This document shows positions 1-9,900 of a DNA stretch of 64,000 bases, piece after piece (the stretch's first letter is position 1; every line of letters begins with the position of its first letter). The stretch comes from an uncultured Bacteroidales bacterium (lineage in GTDB: Bacteria; Bacteroidota; Bacteroidia; Bacteroidales; UBA932). A program made the position numbers and the translations under genes. The notes below the pieces were generated by a model. It was not told the DNA's origin. It was given only the letters and a program-made list of their open reading frames with translations, and searched no databases. The DNA is taken from positions 5,202 through 69,201 of the forward strand of contig CAMVKH010000007.1 in the NCBI GenBank assembly GCA_947168065.1. Direction: 5' to 3'.

Positions 1-667
1 GGCAACGCTCCATTTCGGCCTTGATGGCCTTCAGATTCCAGATGAACATGCCGGAATTCCAGAAGAACTCGCCGGTTTCGAGGAAGACCTTGGCCAGGTC
101 GGCGTTGGGTTTCTCGGTGAAGGTCTTCACCTGATAGGACACGTGGTCGCCGGCCTTCTTGCAGACCGGCTTATTGATTTGGATGTAGCCATAATTGGTC
201 TCGGGACGGGTAGGCTCTATGCCGATGGTGTAGAGCCGGTCGCTCTTTTCGGCGACGGACAGGGCCGTCCGGATCGTATCGCGGAAACGATCTTCGCCGA
301 TGATCAGGTGGTCGGCGGGAGCGACGATCACCGTGGCGTCGGGATTCTTCTTGTACAATTTATAGGTGGCGTAGGCCACGCAGGGCGCCGTATTGCGTTT
401 ATAGGGTTCGAGAAGGATATTGTCTTCCGGAATTTCGGGGAGCTGCTCCCGCACCAGGCTTTCATACCGTTCGGCCGTAACCACGAGGATGTTTTCGGCC
501 GGGACGATCCGGGCGTAGCGGTCGAACGTCATCTGAAGGAAAGTCCGCCCGATGCCCAGGATATCGATGAACTGCTTCGGGCACGCCTGGCGGCTCATCG
601 GCCAGAAGCGGCTGCCGATGCCGCCCGCCATGATGATACAGTAATGATTAGGGTTCATATTGCTCAT
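1..667 (-). CDS. Mannose-1-phosphate guanylyltransferase, N-terminal ~222 codons (gene runs off the window start)
   Basis: Not in the ORF track because it is open to the window edge. My reverse-strand translation from ATG 665-667 reads MSNMNPNHYCIIMAGGIGSRFWPMSRQACPKQFIDILG..., the GGxGxR(F/L)WP sugar-nucleotidyltransferase signature. Track ORF 143..670(+) is its antisense shadow. Confidence 0.8.
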   Translation of the reverse strand, partial: MSNMNPNHYCIIMAGGIGSRFWPMSRQACPKQFIDILGIGRTFLQMTFDRYARIVPAENILVVTAERYESLVREQLPEIPEDNILLEPYKRNTAPCVAYATYKLYKKNPDATVIVAPADHLIIGEDRFRDTIRTALSVAEKSDRLYTIGIEPTRPETNYGYIQINKPVCKKAGDHVSYQVKTFTEKPNADLAKVFLETGEFFWNSGMFIWNLKAIKAEMERC

Positions 668-1035
668 TAGTTTCTTTTCCAAATCGGTATGAACGCTTCG
701 GGAATGTATTCCACCAGGGGTCCTTCTTCGCCGAGCACCACCGAAACCACATCGAACTGAACTTCCTTGCGTACGTGCTTCTCCACGATGTAGCGGCTGG
801 CAGCCGCCATCAAAAGGGCTTGTTTGCGCGCATCCACCTTCTCGTAAGGCTGGATCTGCAGTGGAGGTGTCATCGTCTTGACTTCCACCACGTGCACACG
901 GTCGCTGCTCTCCATCACCAGGTCGAGTTCCTTGTGCCCGCCCCGCCAGTTCCGGTCCAAAAGCTGCAATCCGCGTGCCGAAAGCCAGGCCAGCGCAATC
1001 TCCTCTCCCCTTCTTCCCGTCTCGCTCTTTTTCAA
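667..1035 (-). CDS. YraN/UPF0102 family endonuclease-like protein
   Basis: Track ORF 667..1110. The core GEEIALAWLSARGLQLLDRNWRGGHKELDLVMESSDRVHVVEVKT matches the YraN pattern. A TATCTTTG -7 box at 1065-1072 lies inside the longest ORF, so I prefer the TTG start at 1033-1035 (122 aa). The start is uncertain. Confidence 0.65.
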   Translation of the reverse strand: MKKSETGRRGEEIALAWLSARGLQLLDRNWRGGHKELDLVMESSDRVHVVEVKTMTPPLQIQPYEKVDARKQALLMAAASRYIVEKHVRKEVQFDVVSVVLGEEGPLVEYIPEAFIPIWKRN

Positions 1036-1064
1036 AACACTGCAATTTTTCAGTTCAAACTTTA

Positions 1065-1072
1065 CAAAGATA
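1065..1072 (-). promoter_or_regulatory. Bacteroidota sigma-A -7 box (TATCTTTG on the reverse strand) for the YraN-like gene
   Basis: Plus strand reads CAAAGATA, the reverse complement of TAnnTTTG. It sits about 30 nt upstream of the TTG start at 1035. Confidence 0.4.
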
Positions 1073-1131
1073 AGAAAAAATCCACACTCTGCTGAAAAGT
1101 TGTTAGGCAAGTGGAAAAAAGTGAATAAATA

Positions 1132-1164
1132 TTTGGCATAAATGTATATGCGTGGCTAAATTTG
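1132..1164 (+). promoter_or_regulatory. argR operon promoter (-33 TTTG at 1132-1135, -7 TAAATTTG at 1157-1164)
   Basis: Matches the Bacteroides TTTG / TAnnTTTG consensus with 21-nt spacing. It lies 42 nt upstream of ATG 1206 and downstream of the track's GTG 1152 start. Confidence 0.5.
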
Positions 1165-1171
1165 CCGTGGT

Positions 1172-1189
1172 TTTGAATATCCATTCGCG
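1172..1189 (+). promoter_or_regulatory. ARG-box-like operator
   Basis: TTTGAATATCCATTCGCG contains TGAAT-N4-ATTC, the core of the classical ARG box TNTGAATWWWWATTCANW. It lies at or just after the predicted transcription start. Confidence 0.4.
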
Positions 1190-1205
1190 TTTTTTTGTAT
1201 ATTCT

Positions 1206-1682
1206 ATGAATAATCGCATCCAACTTATTCAGGAATTCATCCGGACACAAGCGGTCAGGAGCCAGGAAGAGCTCGCCGCCCTCCTTGCTGAAAAAGGCGT
1301 CAAGACCACCCAGGCCACACTCTCGCGGGATTTGCGGAAACTCCACATCACCAAACAGCGCGATGCATCGGGTGCATACCGCTACGTCCTCCCCGAGGCG
1401 AACCGCCCCCAGAACATCCTGCTTTCCGACAGCCGGGCGGGCGAATGCATCGTCAGCATCGACTTCTCGGGACAGATGGGCGTCATCAAGACCCTGCCTG
1501 GCTGCGCCAACATGGTAGGGGCGCTGGTCGACGAGCATAGCCACCCCGCCCTGATGGGCACGATCGCCGGAGAAGACACCCTGTTGCTGATCCTGCGCCA
1601 GGGCGCTTCCCACGCCGACATCCTGACCTTCCTGGAAACGTTCATCCCGAACCCCGGGAAAAGAGTGGTACCTGCAAACTGA
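1206..1682 (+). CDS. argR: Arginine repressor ArgR
   Basis: MNNRIQLIQEFIRTQAVRSQEELAALLAEKGVKTTQATLSRDLRKL is a winged-helix ArgR N-domain. The C-terminal oligomerisation domain contains GTIAGEDT. The ATG at 1206 is preferred over GTG 1152, which lies upstream of the promoter. Confidence 0.85.
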   Translation: MNNRIQLIQEFIRTQAVRSQEELAALLAEKGVKTTQATLSRDLRKLHITKQRDASGAYRYVLPEANRPQNILLSDSRAGECIVSIDFSGQMGVIKTLPGCANMVGALVDEHSHPALMGTIAGEDTLLLILRQGASHADILTFLETFIPNPGKRVVPAN

Positions 1683-1688
1683 CAGAAG

Positions 1689-2249
1689 ATGAACATCCAA
1701 GTCCTGGTGGCCGGTCAGAGCCATCTCCCCTATGCAGAGGCCGTGTGCCACGAGCTCTACCTGTCTTCGCTCGGCGACAAGATCGGCATCGCCCGGCGTA
1801 CTCCGGACTACATCCGGGACAAGATCCTTTCCGGCAAGGCCGTGATCGCCCTGACGGACGAAGGGGAGTTCGCCGGTTTTTCCTACATCGAATCGTGGGG
1901 CGGAAAGAGCTTCGTCGCGAATTCCGGCCTCATCGTTCCCGAGAAGTTCCGCTCGCTGGGCGTGGCCCGGCGCATCAAGGAGCAGACCTTCATCCTCTCG
2001 CGCAAGCTGTTTCCCGATGCCAAGATCTTCTCGATGACCACTTCGGCCGCCGTGATGAAGCTCAACCATGAATTCGGCTTCCGTCCGGTAACCTACGACG
2101 ACCTGACCGACGACGTCGAGTTCTGGAAAGGCTGCGAAGGCTGCCGCAATTTCAATGTCCTGCAGGAACAGCATTACCGGGTCTGCATCTGCACGGGACT
2201 GCTTTTCGACCCGAAGGAACATTTTGAAATCCATCATCCAGGAGAATGA
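1689..2249 (+). CDS. GNAT family N-acyltransferase (arg-cluster-associated; candidate glutamate N-acyltransferase)
   Basis: 186 aa, with the acetyl-CoA-binding-type motif RSLGVARRIKE. It sits between argR and argG, as in Bacteroides arg clusters, and overlaps argG by 4 nt. Confidence 0.65.
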   Translation: MNIQVLVAGQSHLPYAEAVCHELYLSSLGDKIGIARRTPDYIRDKILSGKAVIALTDEGEFAGFSYIESWGGKSFVANSGLIVPEKFRSLGVARRIKEQTFILSRKLFPDAKIFSMTTSAAVMKLNHEFGFRPVTYDDLTDDVEFWKGCEGCRNFNVLQEQHYRVCICTGLLFDPKEHFEIHHPGE

Positions 2250-3460
2250 ATACCCCGAAAAAAGTCGTGGTCGCTTACAGCGGCGGACTTGACACCTCTT
2301 ACACGGTGATGTACCTTGCCCGGGAAAAGGGGTACGAGGTGCACGCCGTCTGCGCCGACACGGGCGGTTTCAGCGCCCAGCAGCTGAAAACCAACGAAAC
2401 GAATGCCTACAAGCTCGGGGCGACGCGGTTCGCCGCCATCGACATCACGCAGGAGTATTACGAGAAGAGCCTGAAATACATGGTCTTCGGCAATATCCTG
2501 CGCAACGGCACCTACCCCATCTCCGTATCGTCCGAACGCCTGTTCCAAGCGATGGCCGTGGCCCGGTATGCGAAGCAGATCGGGGCCGACGCCATCGCCC
2601 ATGGCTCCACCGGCGCGGGTAACGACCAGGTCCGCTTCGACATGGTGTTCCTGGTGATGTGCCCCGGCGTGGAGATCATCACGCTCACCCGCGACGGGAA
2701 CCTGTCGCGGCAGCAGGAGGTGGATTACCTCAACGCCCACGGCTTTGCGGCTGATTTCGCTAAACTGAAGTATTCCTATAATGTGGGACTCTGGGGCACG
2801 TCGATCTGCGGCGGGGAGATCCTCGACTCCAGGCAGGGTCTGCCGGAGAGCGCTTATCTCAAGCAGGTGCAGAAGACAGGTTCTGAAACCCTGGCACTGA
2901 GCTTCGAAAAAGGCCAGCTCTGCGCTGTCAATGGAAAGGCCTTCGACGATCCGGTAGCCGCCATCCAGGAAGTCGAACGCATCGGCGCCGCCTGGGGCAT
3001 CGGACGCGACATGCACGTGGGCGACACCATCATCGGCATCAAGGGCCGCGTGGGCTTCGAAGCCGCCGCCCCGATGCTGATCATCGGCGCGCACAGGTTC
3101 CTCGAAAAGTTCACCCTTTCCAAATGGCAGCAGTACTGGAAGGACCAGGTCGGCACCTGGTACGGCATGTTCCTCCACGAAAGCCAGTATCTGGAACCGG
3201 TGATGCGAGACATCGAGGCGATGCTCGAAAGCAGCCAGCGCAACGTCACGGGCACCGTGACCCTGGAACTGCGTCCCTGCGGTTTCTCGACCGTGGGCGT
3301 CGATTCCCCTTACGACCTGGTGAAATCGAAACTCGGCGAGTACGGTGAAACCCAGAAGGGCTGGAGCGCCGAAGAAGCCAAGGGCTTCATCAAACTGCTG
3401 TCCAATCCTTTACGCGTATATTACGGCAATCACCCCGAAGAACTCCCATTCGATGCATAA
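2246..3460 (+). CDS. argG: Argininosuccinate synthase
   Basis: KKVVVAYSGGLDTSYTVMYL is the ATP-PPase P-loop SGGLDTS. 404 aa. Confidence 0.95.
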   Translation: MNTPKKVVVAYSGGLDTSYTVMYLAREKGYEVHAVCADTGGFSAQQLKTNETNAYKLGATRFAAIDITQEYYEKSLKYMVFGNILRNGTYPISVSSERLFQAMAVARYAKQIGADAIAHGSTGAGNDQVRFDMVFLVMCPGVEIITLTRDGNLSRQQEVDYLNAHGFAADFAKLKYSYNVGLWGTSICGGEILDSRQGLPESAYLKQVQKTGSETLALSFEKGQLCAVNGKAFDDPVAAIQEVERIGAAWGIGRDMHVGDTIIGIKGRVGFEAAAPMLIIGAHRFLEKFTLSKWQQYWKDQVGTWYGMFLHESQYLEPVMRDIEAMLESSQRNVTGTVTLELRPCGFSTVGVDSPYDLVKSKLGEYGETQKGWSAEEAKGFIKLLSNPLRVYYGNHPEELPFDA

Positions 3461-4547
3461 CGAAGACTGTCTCGACCTTTTGCGGAAACTGGTACACGCA
3501 CCCTCCCCTCCGTTCAACGAGGAGGCTGTCGCAGCGTGGATCAGCTGGTGGTTCGACCGGAACGAACTTCCCTTCCGCCGGCCACAGGGCAACATCGTGG
3601 CTTGCGCCTCGACGCCCGATCCAGCCAGGAAAACCCTGGCCCTGATCGCCCACCTCGACACCGTTCCGCCCGTCGGCGGCTATACCCGCGATCCCTACGA
3701 TGCGGGAGATTCCCCCGACATCATCTGGGGCCTGGGAGCGAACGACGATGGGGGAAGCGTGGTATCGATGCTGGCCGTACTGCGGCATTACTACGGAAAA
3801 ACGCTTCCCTTCAACCTGCTGCTGCTGCTCGTCCGGGAGGAAGAATGCTCCGGTCCCGACGGCCTTCGCTGGCTGTACGGTCCCGAAGGACCTTTCGCCC
3901 AGAAGCCCGATTCGCCGCTCTGGCTCCCGAGACCCGACTGGGCCATCGTGGGCGAACCCACCGGCATGCGGGCGGCCACCAGCGAGCGGGGATTGCTGGT
4001 CATCGACGGTGAAGCCATCGGGGAAAGCGGCCACGCTGCCCGCGGCGACGGCGTCAACGCCCTCTATCTGGCGCTCGACGACATCGCGCGGCTGCGCGGG
4101 CATCGCTTCCCGCGCGTCTCGCCGGAAATGGGAGAAGTCCACTTGAATGTCACCCAGATCCTCTCCGGGACGGCCCACAACGTAATTCCGGACCGCTGCC
4201 GGTTCGTGGTGGACATCCGCCCCAACGAACTGTACACGCCCCTGGAAATCCTCGAGGAACTGCAGACCCTCTGCCAGAGCCGGCTCAGTGCCCGCAATCT
4301 GCTGCACCGCGCCTCGGCCACGGCGACGGATTCGCCGCTGCGCCGGGCCGTAGCGGCGCTGGGCATCGATACCTTCTCCTCGCCCACTTCTTCCGACTGG
4401 ATGCAACTCCCCTGCGATGCCATCAAGATGGGACCGGGCGACTCCGCCCGCTCCCACCGTGCCGACGAGTACATCCGCACCGCCGAAATCGAAGCGGCGA
4501 TAACCCAGTACATCAACTTTATAGAGAATCTCAGCGCCAGCCTATGA
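3453..4547 (+). CDS. argE: M20 family ArgE/DapE-type deacylase (acetylornithine deacetylase or N-succinylcitrulline desuccinylase-like)
   Basis: HLDTV, GANDDGG and REEECSG metal-ligand motifs. The ATG at 3453 overlaps the argG stop. The track start at 3345 lies inside argG. Confidence 0.8.
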   Translation: MHNEDCLDLLRKLVHAPSPPFNEEAVAAWISWWFDRNELPFRRPQGNIVACASTPDPARKTLALIAHLDTVPPVGGYTRDPYDAGDSPDIIWGLGANDDGGSVVSMLAVLRHYYGKTLPFNLLLLLVREEECSGPDGLRWLYGPEGPFAQKPDSPLWLPRPDWAIVGEPTGMRAATSERGLLVIDGEAIGESGHAARGDGVNALYLALDDIARLRGHRFPRVSPEMGEVHLNVTQILSGTAHNVIPDRCRFVVDIRPNELYTPLEILEELQTLCQSRLSARNLLHRASATATDSPLRRAVAALGIDTFSSPTSSDWMQLPCDAIKMGPGDSARSHRADEYIRTAEIEAAITQYINFIENLSASL

Positions 4548-5881
4548 GTCATACGTTATGGAATAAAGGAACCGCCGCCACGGAGGTCGTGGAGGCTTTC
4601 ACCGTCGGAAACGACCGGATACTCGACCTGAAGCTTGCCGCCTGCGACATCGAAGGGTCGAAGGCACACATCCGGATGTTGGAAAGCATCGGCCTGCTCA
4701 ACGAGGAAGAACTGAAAACACTCACCGAGGGACTCGACCACATCCTCGTCTCGGTTAAAGCCGGCACTTTCGTGGTCGAAGACGATGTGGAAGACATCCA
4801 CTCCCAGATCGAACTGATGCTCACCCGCGAACTGGGCGACCTGGGCAAGAAGATCCACTCCGGACGCTCGCGCAACGACCAGGTACTCACCGACCTGAAA
4901 CTTTATTTACGCGGGGAGCTGCACCAGGTGCGTCAGGAGGTACTGGATCTTTTCCAGCTGTTCCAGCAACTGAGCCAGCGGCACAAGGAAGTGCTGCTGC
5001 CCGGTTATACCCACGGTCAACTGGCGATGCCCTCCTCGTTCGGCCTGTGGCTTGGGGCGTATGCCGAAGCCCTGGCCGAGGATATGACGCAACTGGGCGC
5101 CGCTTTCAAAATCGTTAACCGCAATCCGCTTGGCTCCGCAGCTGGTTACGGCAGTTCTTTCCCGCTCGACCGTGCGATGACCACCCGGCTGCTCGGCTTC
5201 GAGGCGCCCGTCTACAACAGCATCACAGCCCAGCTGGGCCGCGGCCGCAACGAGATGGCCGTCGCCTCGGCACTCGCCTCTCTCGCCCTGACCCTCAACA
5301 AGTTCGCAGCCGACTGCACCCTCTATATGAGCCCGAATCTGGGTTTCATCCACTTCCCGGACGAGGTGACCACCGGAAGCAGCATCATGCCGCACAAGAA
5401 GAACCCCGACGTGTGGGAGATCATCCGCGGACGCTGCAACCAGATTCTCGCCTGCCCCAACGAAATCGCGCTGCTCTCGAGCAACCTGCCCCACGGCTAT
5501 CACCGCGATTTCCAGCTGCTCAAGGAAATCCTCTTCCCCGCCCTGGACCGGATGCACGACTGCCTGCGGATGACCGGCTATATGCTCGGCCTCCTGGAGG
5601 TCAACACCCATATCTTCGACAATCCGCTCTACGAGAACCTCTTCACCGTGGAGGAAGTCAATCGCCGCGTGCTGGCCGGAACGCCGTTCCGCGAGGCGTA
5701 CCGTCAGGTCGGCATCGAGGTAAACGAAGGGCGCTTCCATTACGAAGGTCCCGACGGAAAAGACGGCGCGGGAATCGGCGGCCTGAAAGCCTCCGACCTG
5801 CATCACAGCCACCTGGGAAGCCTGGGCAATCTCTGTACACAAGAAATCGCCGCCACGATGGAAGCGGCCGCTGCCTGGTAA
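4544..5881 (+). CDS. argH: Argininosuccinate lyase
   Basis: Fumarate-lyase signature GSSIMPHKKNPD. 445 aa. 4-nt overlap with the upstream gene. Confidence 0.95.
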   Translation: MSHTLWNKGTAATEVVEAFTVGNDRILDLKLAACDIEGSKAHIRMLESIGLLNEEELKTLTEGLDHILVSVKAGTFVVEDDVEDIHSQIELMLTRELGDLGKKIHSGRSRNDQVLTDLKLYLRGELHQVRQEVLDLFQLFQQLSQRHKEVLLPGYTHGQLAMPSSFGLWLGAYAEALAEDMTQLGAAFKIVNRNPLGSAAGYGSSFPLDRAMTTRLLGFEAPVYNSITAQLGRGRNEMAVASALASLALTLNKFAADCTLYMSPNLGFIHFPDEVTTGSSIMPHKKNPDVWEIIRGRCNQILACPNEIALLSSNLPHGYHRDFQLLKEILFPALDRMHDCLRMTGYMLGLLEVNTHIFDNPLYENLFTVEEVNRRVLAGTPFREAYRQVGIEVNEGRFHYEGPDGKDGAGIGGLKASDLHHSHLGSLGNLCTQEIAATMEAAAAW

Positions 5882-5885
5882 GCCG

Positions 5886-6959
5886 ATGAAAAGAAAAAAA
5901 GCAACGCTCCTGCTGCAGGACGGCCGTGAATTCAGCGGCTGGAGCTTCGGATACGACGGTCTTTCGGAAGGAGAGATCGTTTTCTCCACGGCCATGGTCG
6001 GCTATCCCGAAAGCCTGACCGATCCCTCCTACAGCGGCCAGATCCTCTGCGTCAGCTATCCGCTGGTAGGCAACTACGGCATTCCGGAAGAAGAACCCGA
6101 CGTGCAGGGACTCTGCACCCGTTTCGAATCGGAGCGGATCCACGTGCGGGGACTTGTCATCGCCGATTACAGTGAAAAATACAGCCACTGGAGTGCAACC
6201 AAGAGCCTGAGCCAGTGGATGCAGGAGCAACAGATTCCCGGCATCTGCGGCATCGACACCCGGGCGCTGGTGCAGTTGCTCCGCGACGAAGGCGCCAAAC
6301 TCGGCGCCATCGTCCCGGAAGGCTGCCCGGCACCGGCCTCTTTCCCCGATCCGAACCTCGAAAACCAGGTGGCCATCGTCAGTTGCCGCGAAGTGACACA
6401 CTACGGGAGCGGCCCGAAACGGGTCGTCTTGGTCGACTGCGGCGTCAAGCATCAGATTATCCGCTGCCTGGTGGCACGCGGCATCGAAGTGGTGCGCGTC
6501 CCCTGGGATTACGATTTCAACACTCTGGAATGGGACGGCCTCTTCGTTTCGAACGGACCGGGCAATCCTGCCCTGTGCGAAGTCACGGTCGACCATCTGC
6601 GCAAGGCGCTGGAGGGCGACAAACCGGTCTTCGGCATCTGCATGGGCAACCAGCTGCTCAGCCGGGCGGCCGGCGGGCGGACCTACAAGCTCAAATACGG
6701 GCATCGCAGCCACAACCAGCCCGTCCGGCTGGTCGGCACCGAGCGCTGCTTCATCACCTCACAGAACCACGGCTTCGCGGTGGACACCTCCACCCTCGGC
6801 CCGGACTGGGAGCCGCTGTTCGTCAACATGAACGACGGAACCAACGAAGGAATCCGACACAAGACCAAGCCCTTCTTCTCGGCCCAGTTCCATCCCGAAG
6901 CTTCGAGCGGCCCCGTTGACACGGAATTCCTTTTCGACGAATTCATAGCCAAATTGTAA
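5886..6959 (+). CDS. carA: Carbamoyl-phosphate synthase small (glutaminase) subunit
   Basis: VFSTAMVGYPESLTDPSYSGQIL. The GATase triad region contains GICMGNQLL and FHPE. Confidence 0.95.
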   Translation: MKRKKATLLLQDGREFSGWSFGYDGLSEGEIVFSTAMVGYPESLTDPSYSGQILCVSYPLVGNYGIPEEEPDVQGLCTRFESERIHVRGLVIADYSEKYSHWSATKSLSQWMQEQQIPGICGIDTRALVQLLRDEGAKLGAIVPEGCPAPASFPDPNLENQVAIVSCREVTHYGSGPKRVVLVDCGVKHQIIRCLVARGIEVVRVPWDYDFNTLEWDGLFVSNGPGNPALCEVTVDHLRKALEGDKPVFGICMGNQLLSRAAGGRTYKLKYGHRSHNQPVRLVGTERCFITSQNHGFAVDTSTLGPDWEPLFVNMNDGTNEGIRHKTKPFFSAQFHPEASSGPVDTEFLFDEFIAKL

Positions 6960-6962
6960 GCA

Positions 6963-9900
6963 ATGACCGACAAAACCATACGGAAAGTACTCCTGCTGGG
7001 CTCCGGCGCCCTGAAGATCGGCGAAGCCGGCGAATTCGACTACAGCGGTTCCCAGGCCCTGAAAGCCCTGCGGGAAGAAGGCATCGAAACCGTGCTCATC
7101 AACCCGAACATCGCTACCGTGCAGACGTCGGAAGGCATCGCCGACAAGATCTATTTCCTCCCGGTAACGCCCGCTTTCGTCGAAAAGGTCATCGAGAAGG
7201 AGCGCCCCCAGGGCATCTTCCTCTCTTTCGGCGGCCAGACCGCCCTGAACTGCGGCGTCGAACTCTACCGGAGCGGTTTCCTGGAGCGCAGCGGCGTCCG
7301 CGTGCTGGGAACCCCCGTCAAGTCCATCATCGACACGGAAGACCGCGACCTTTTCGTGCGGCGCCTCGACGAAATCGGCGTAAAGACCATCCGATCGCAC
7401 GCCGCCGCTTCCCTGGAAGAAGCCCTGGCCGCCGCCGACCAGGTAGGCTACCCCGTGATCCTGCGGGCTGCCTACGCACTGGGCGGACTGGGGTCCGGAT
7501 TCTGCGACAACCGGCAGGAACTGGAGGCCGCGGCGGCCAAGGCCTTCGCCTTCTCGCCGCAGGTCCTGGTCGAGAAATCGCTCAAGGGCTGGAAGGAGAT
7601 CGAATACGAAGTGGTCCGTGACTGCCACAACAACTGCATCACGGTCTGCAATATGGAGAACTTCGACCCACTGGGCATCCATACCGGCGAGAGCATCGTC
7701 GTCGCCCCGTCGCAGACCCTGACCAACGACGAATTCCATTTCCTGCGCAAGAAAGCCATCGACATCGTGCGCCATCTGGGCATCGTGGGCGAATGCAATG
7801 TGCAGTATGCCTTCAGCCCTGACGGTGAGGACTATCGCGTCATCGAAGTCAACGCCCGGCTCAGCCGTTCGTCCGCCCTGGCCTCGAAGGCCACAGGCTA
7901 TCCGCTTGCCTTCGTGGCCGCCAAACTCGGCCTGGGCTACGGACTCCACGAACTGAAGAATTCCGTGACGCAGACGACTCCGGCCTTCTTCGAGCCTGCG
8001 CTCGACTACGTGGTCTGCAAGATTCCCCGCTGGGACCTTGCCAAATTCAAGGGCGTCTCGCGGGAGATCGGTTCCAGCATGAAGAGCGTCGGCGAGGTGA
8101 TGGCCATCGGCCGGACCTTTGAAGAGGCCATCCAGAAGGGCCTCCGGATGATCGGGCAGGGCGCCAATGGTTTCGTCTGCAACAAGCCCTACAAGGTGGA
8201 AGACCTGGACTGGGCGCTCCGGCACCCGACCGACACGCGCATCTTCGCCATAGCCGCCGCTTTCGAATCGGGCTACGACGTGGAACGGATCCACGCCCTG
8301 ACGCACATCGACCGGTGGTTCCTTGACAAACTCTACAACCTGGAAACCACTTACCGGGAGCTGGAGGCCTGTCCTTCACTTGCGGCTGTGGGCCGCGGCC
8401 TCTTCCTGAAAGCCAAGCGGCAGGGCTTTTCCGATATCCAGATCGCCCGCGTGTTCCACTGCCCGGAGGCAGAAGCCCGCGAACGCCGGCTCAGGCTGGG
8501 CATCCGCCCATGCATCAAGCAGATCGACACGCTGGCCGCGGAGTTCCCCTCCGCCACCAACTATCTGTATCTGACCTACAACGGAACCAAGAACGACATC
8601 ATCCCGTCCTACGGTTCCCGCACCGTCATCGTGCTGGGCTCGGGCGCTTACCGCATCGGAAGCAGCGTCGAATTCGACTGGTGCGGCGTCAGCGCGGTGA
8701 ACACCTTCCGCCGCAAAGGCTGGCAGGCTGTGATGATCAACTACAACCCAGAGACCGTCTCGACCGACTACGACAGCTGCGACCGGCTCTATTTCGATGA
8801 ACTCAGCTTCGAAACCGTCCTGGAGGTCTGCGCCGTCGAAAGGCCGTTCGGCGTGGTGGTGAGCGTAGGCGGACAAATCCCCAACAACCTGGCGCTCCCG
8901 CTCCAGCGGAGTGGCATCAACATCCTGGGTACCAGCGCCGAAGATATCGACCGGGCGGAAGACCGCAACAAGTTCTCCTCGATTGTCGACCGGCTGGGCA
9001 TCGACCAGCCCCGCTGGCAGGAACTCACCACGATGGCCGACATCGAACGATTTGTGGAAGACGTAGGCTTCCCGGTTCTTGTGCGCCCCTCGTACGTCCT
9101 TTCGGGCGCTGCGATGAACGTCTGCTACTCCGAAGCCGACCTGCATACCTTCCTGGAGATGGCTGTCGAAGTCTCGGCAGAGCACCCCGTCGTCATCAGT
9201 TCCTTCATCCAGCGCAGCAAGGAATTCGAATTCGACGCCGTGGCCGACCAGGGAAGGATCGTGGCGCACGCCATCTCCGAGCACATCGAATATGCCGGTG
9301 TGCATTCGGGCGACGCAACCATCCAGTTCCCGCCGCAGAAACTCTATTGCGTGACGGCGGCCCGCATCCGCCGGGTCGCCGCCGCCATTGCCGCCGAGCT
9401 GCACATCACCGGGCCGTTCAACATCCAGTTCCTGGCCCATCAGGGGCAGGTGAAAGTTATCGAATGCAACCTGCGGGCTTCCCGCAGCTTCCCTTTCGTG
9501 TCGAAGATTCTCAAGCTGAACTTCGTAGACCTGGCTGTACGCTGCATGCTCGGCGAACATCCCGAACCGTCTGCCATCGATGCCTTCGAGCTGCCGTACG
9601 TGGGTGTCAAGGCCTCGCAGTTCTCCTTCTCCCGCCTTGGCCACGCCGACCCCGTACTGGGTGTCGATATGGCTTCGACCGGCGAAGTCGGCTGCATCGG
9701 CGACACGTTCGACGAGGCCCTGCTCAAGGCGATGCTTTCGGTGGGACACCGGATTCCGGGCGGCGCGGTCCTGATCTCCTCAGGAAATGCGCTTCAGAAA
9801 GCCGATATGCTTCCCGCCTGCCAGCTCCTGCACGCAAAAGGATTCACGCTCTACGCCTCGCGTGGGACGTGCCGCTACCTCAACGAAAACGGAGTAAGCG

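Noticed and set aside
143-670. A 175-aa forward ORF at the window start.
   Set aside because: It is antisense to the clearly recognisable mannose-1-phosphate guanylyltransferase gene, which the track missed because that gene is open-ended.
1110-1152. The longest-ORF starts for YraN (1110) and ArgR (GTG 1152).
   Set aside because: The predicted -7 boxes (1065-1072 reverse, 1157-1164 forward) lie inside or downstream of these extensions. The N-terminal extensions (MPNNFSAECGFFLIFVKF..., MAKFAVVLNIHSRFFVYS) look like translated AT-rich promoter DNA.
6759-9749. 515-aa and 457-aa reverse ORFs inside carB. Similar long antisense ORFs lie opposite argG/argE/argH, pnp (32484..34127), glyA (41230..42564), rnfC (45813..47210), acd (15826..17031), the phosphatase gene (62324..63313) and the lipoprotein genes (34467..35444, 35207..35866).
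   Set aside because: All lie opposite genes with clear family signatures. The ones I checked (carB, glnA, dnaB, alaS) are in the codon-aligned antisense phase. None shows a recognisable motif.
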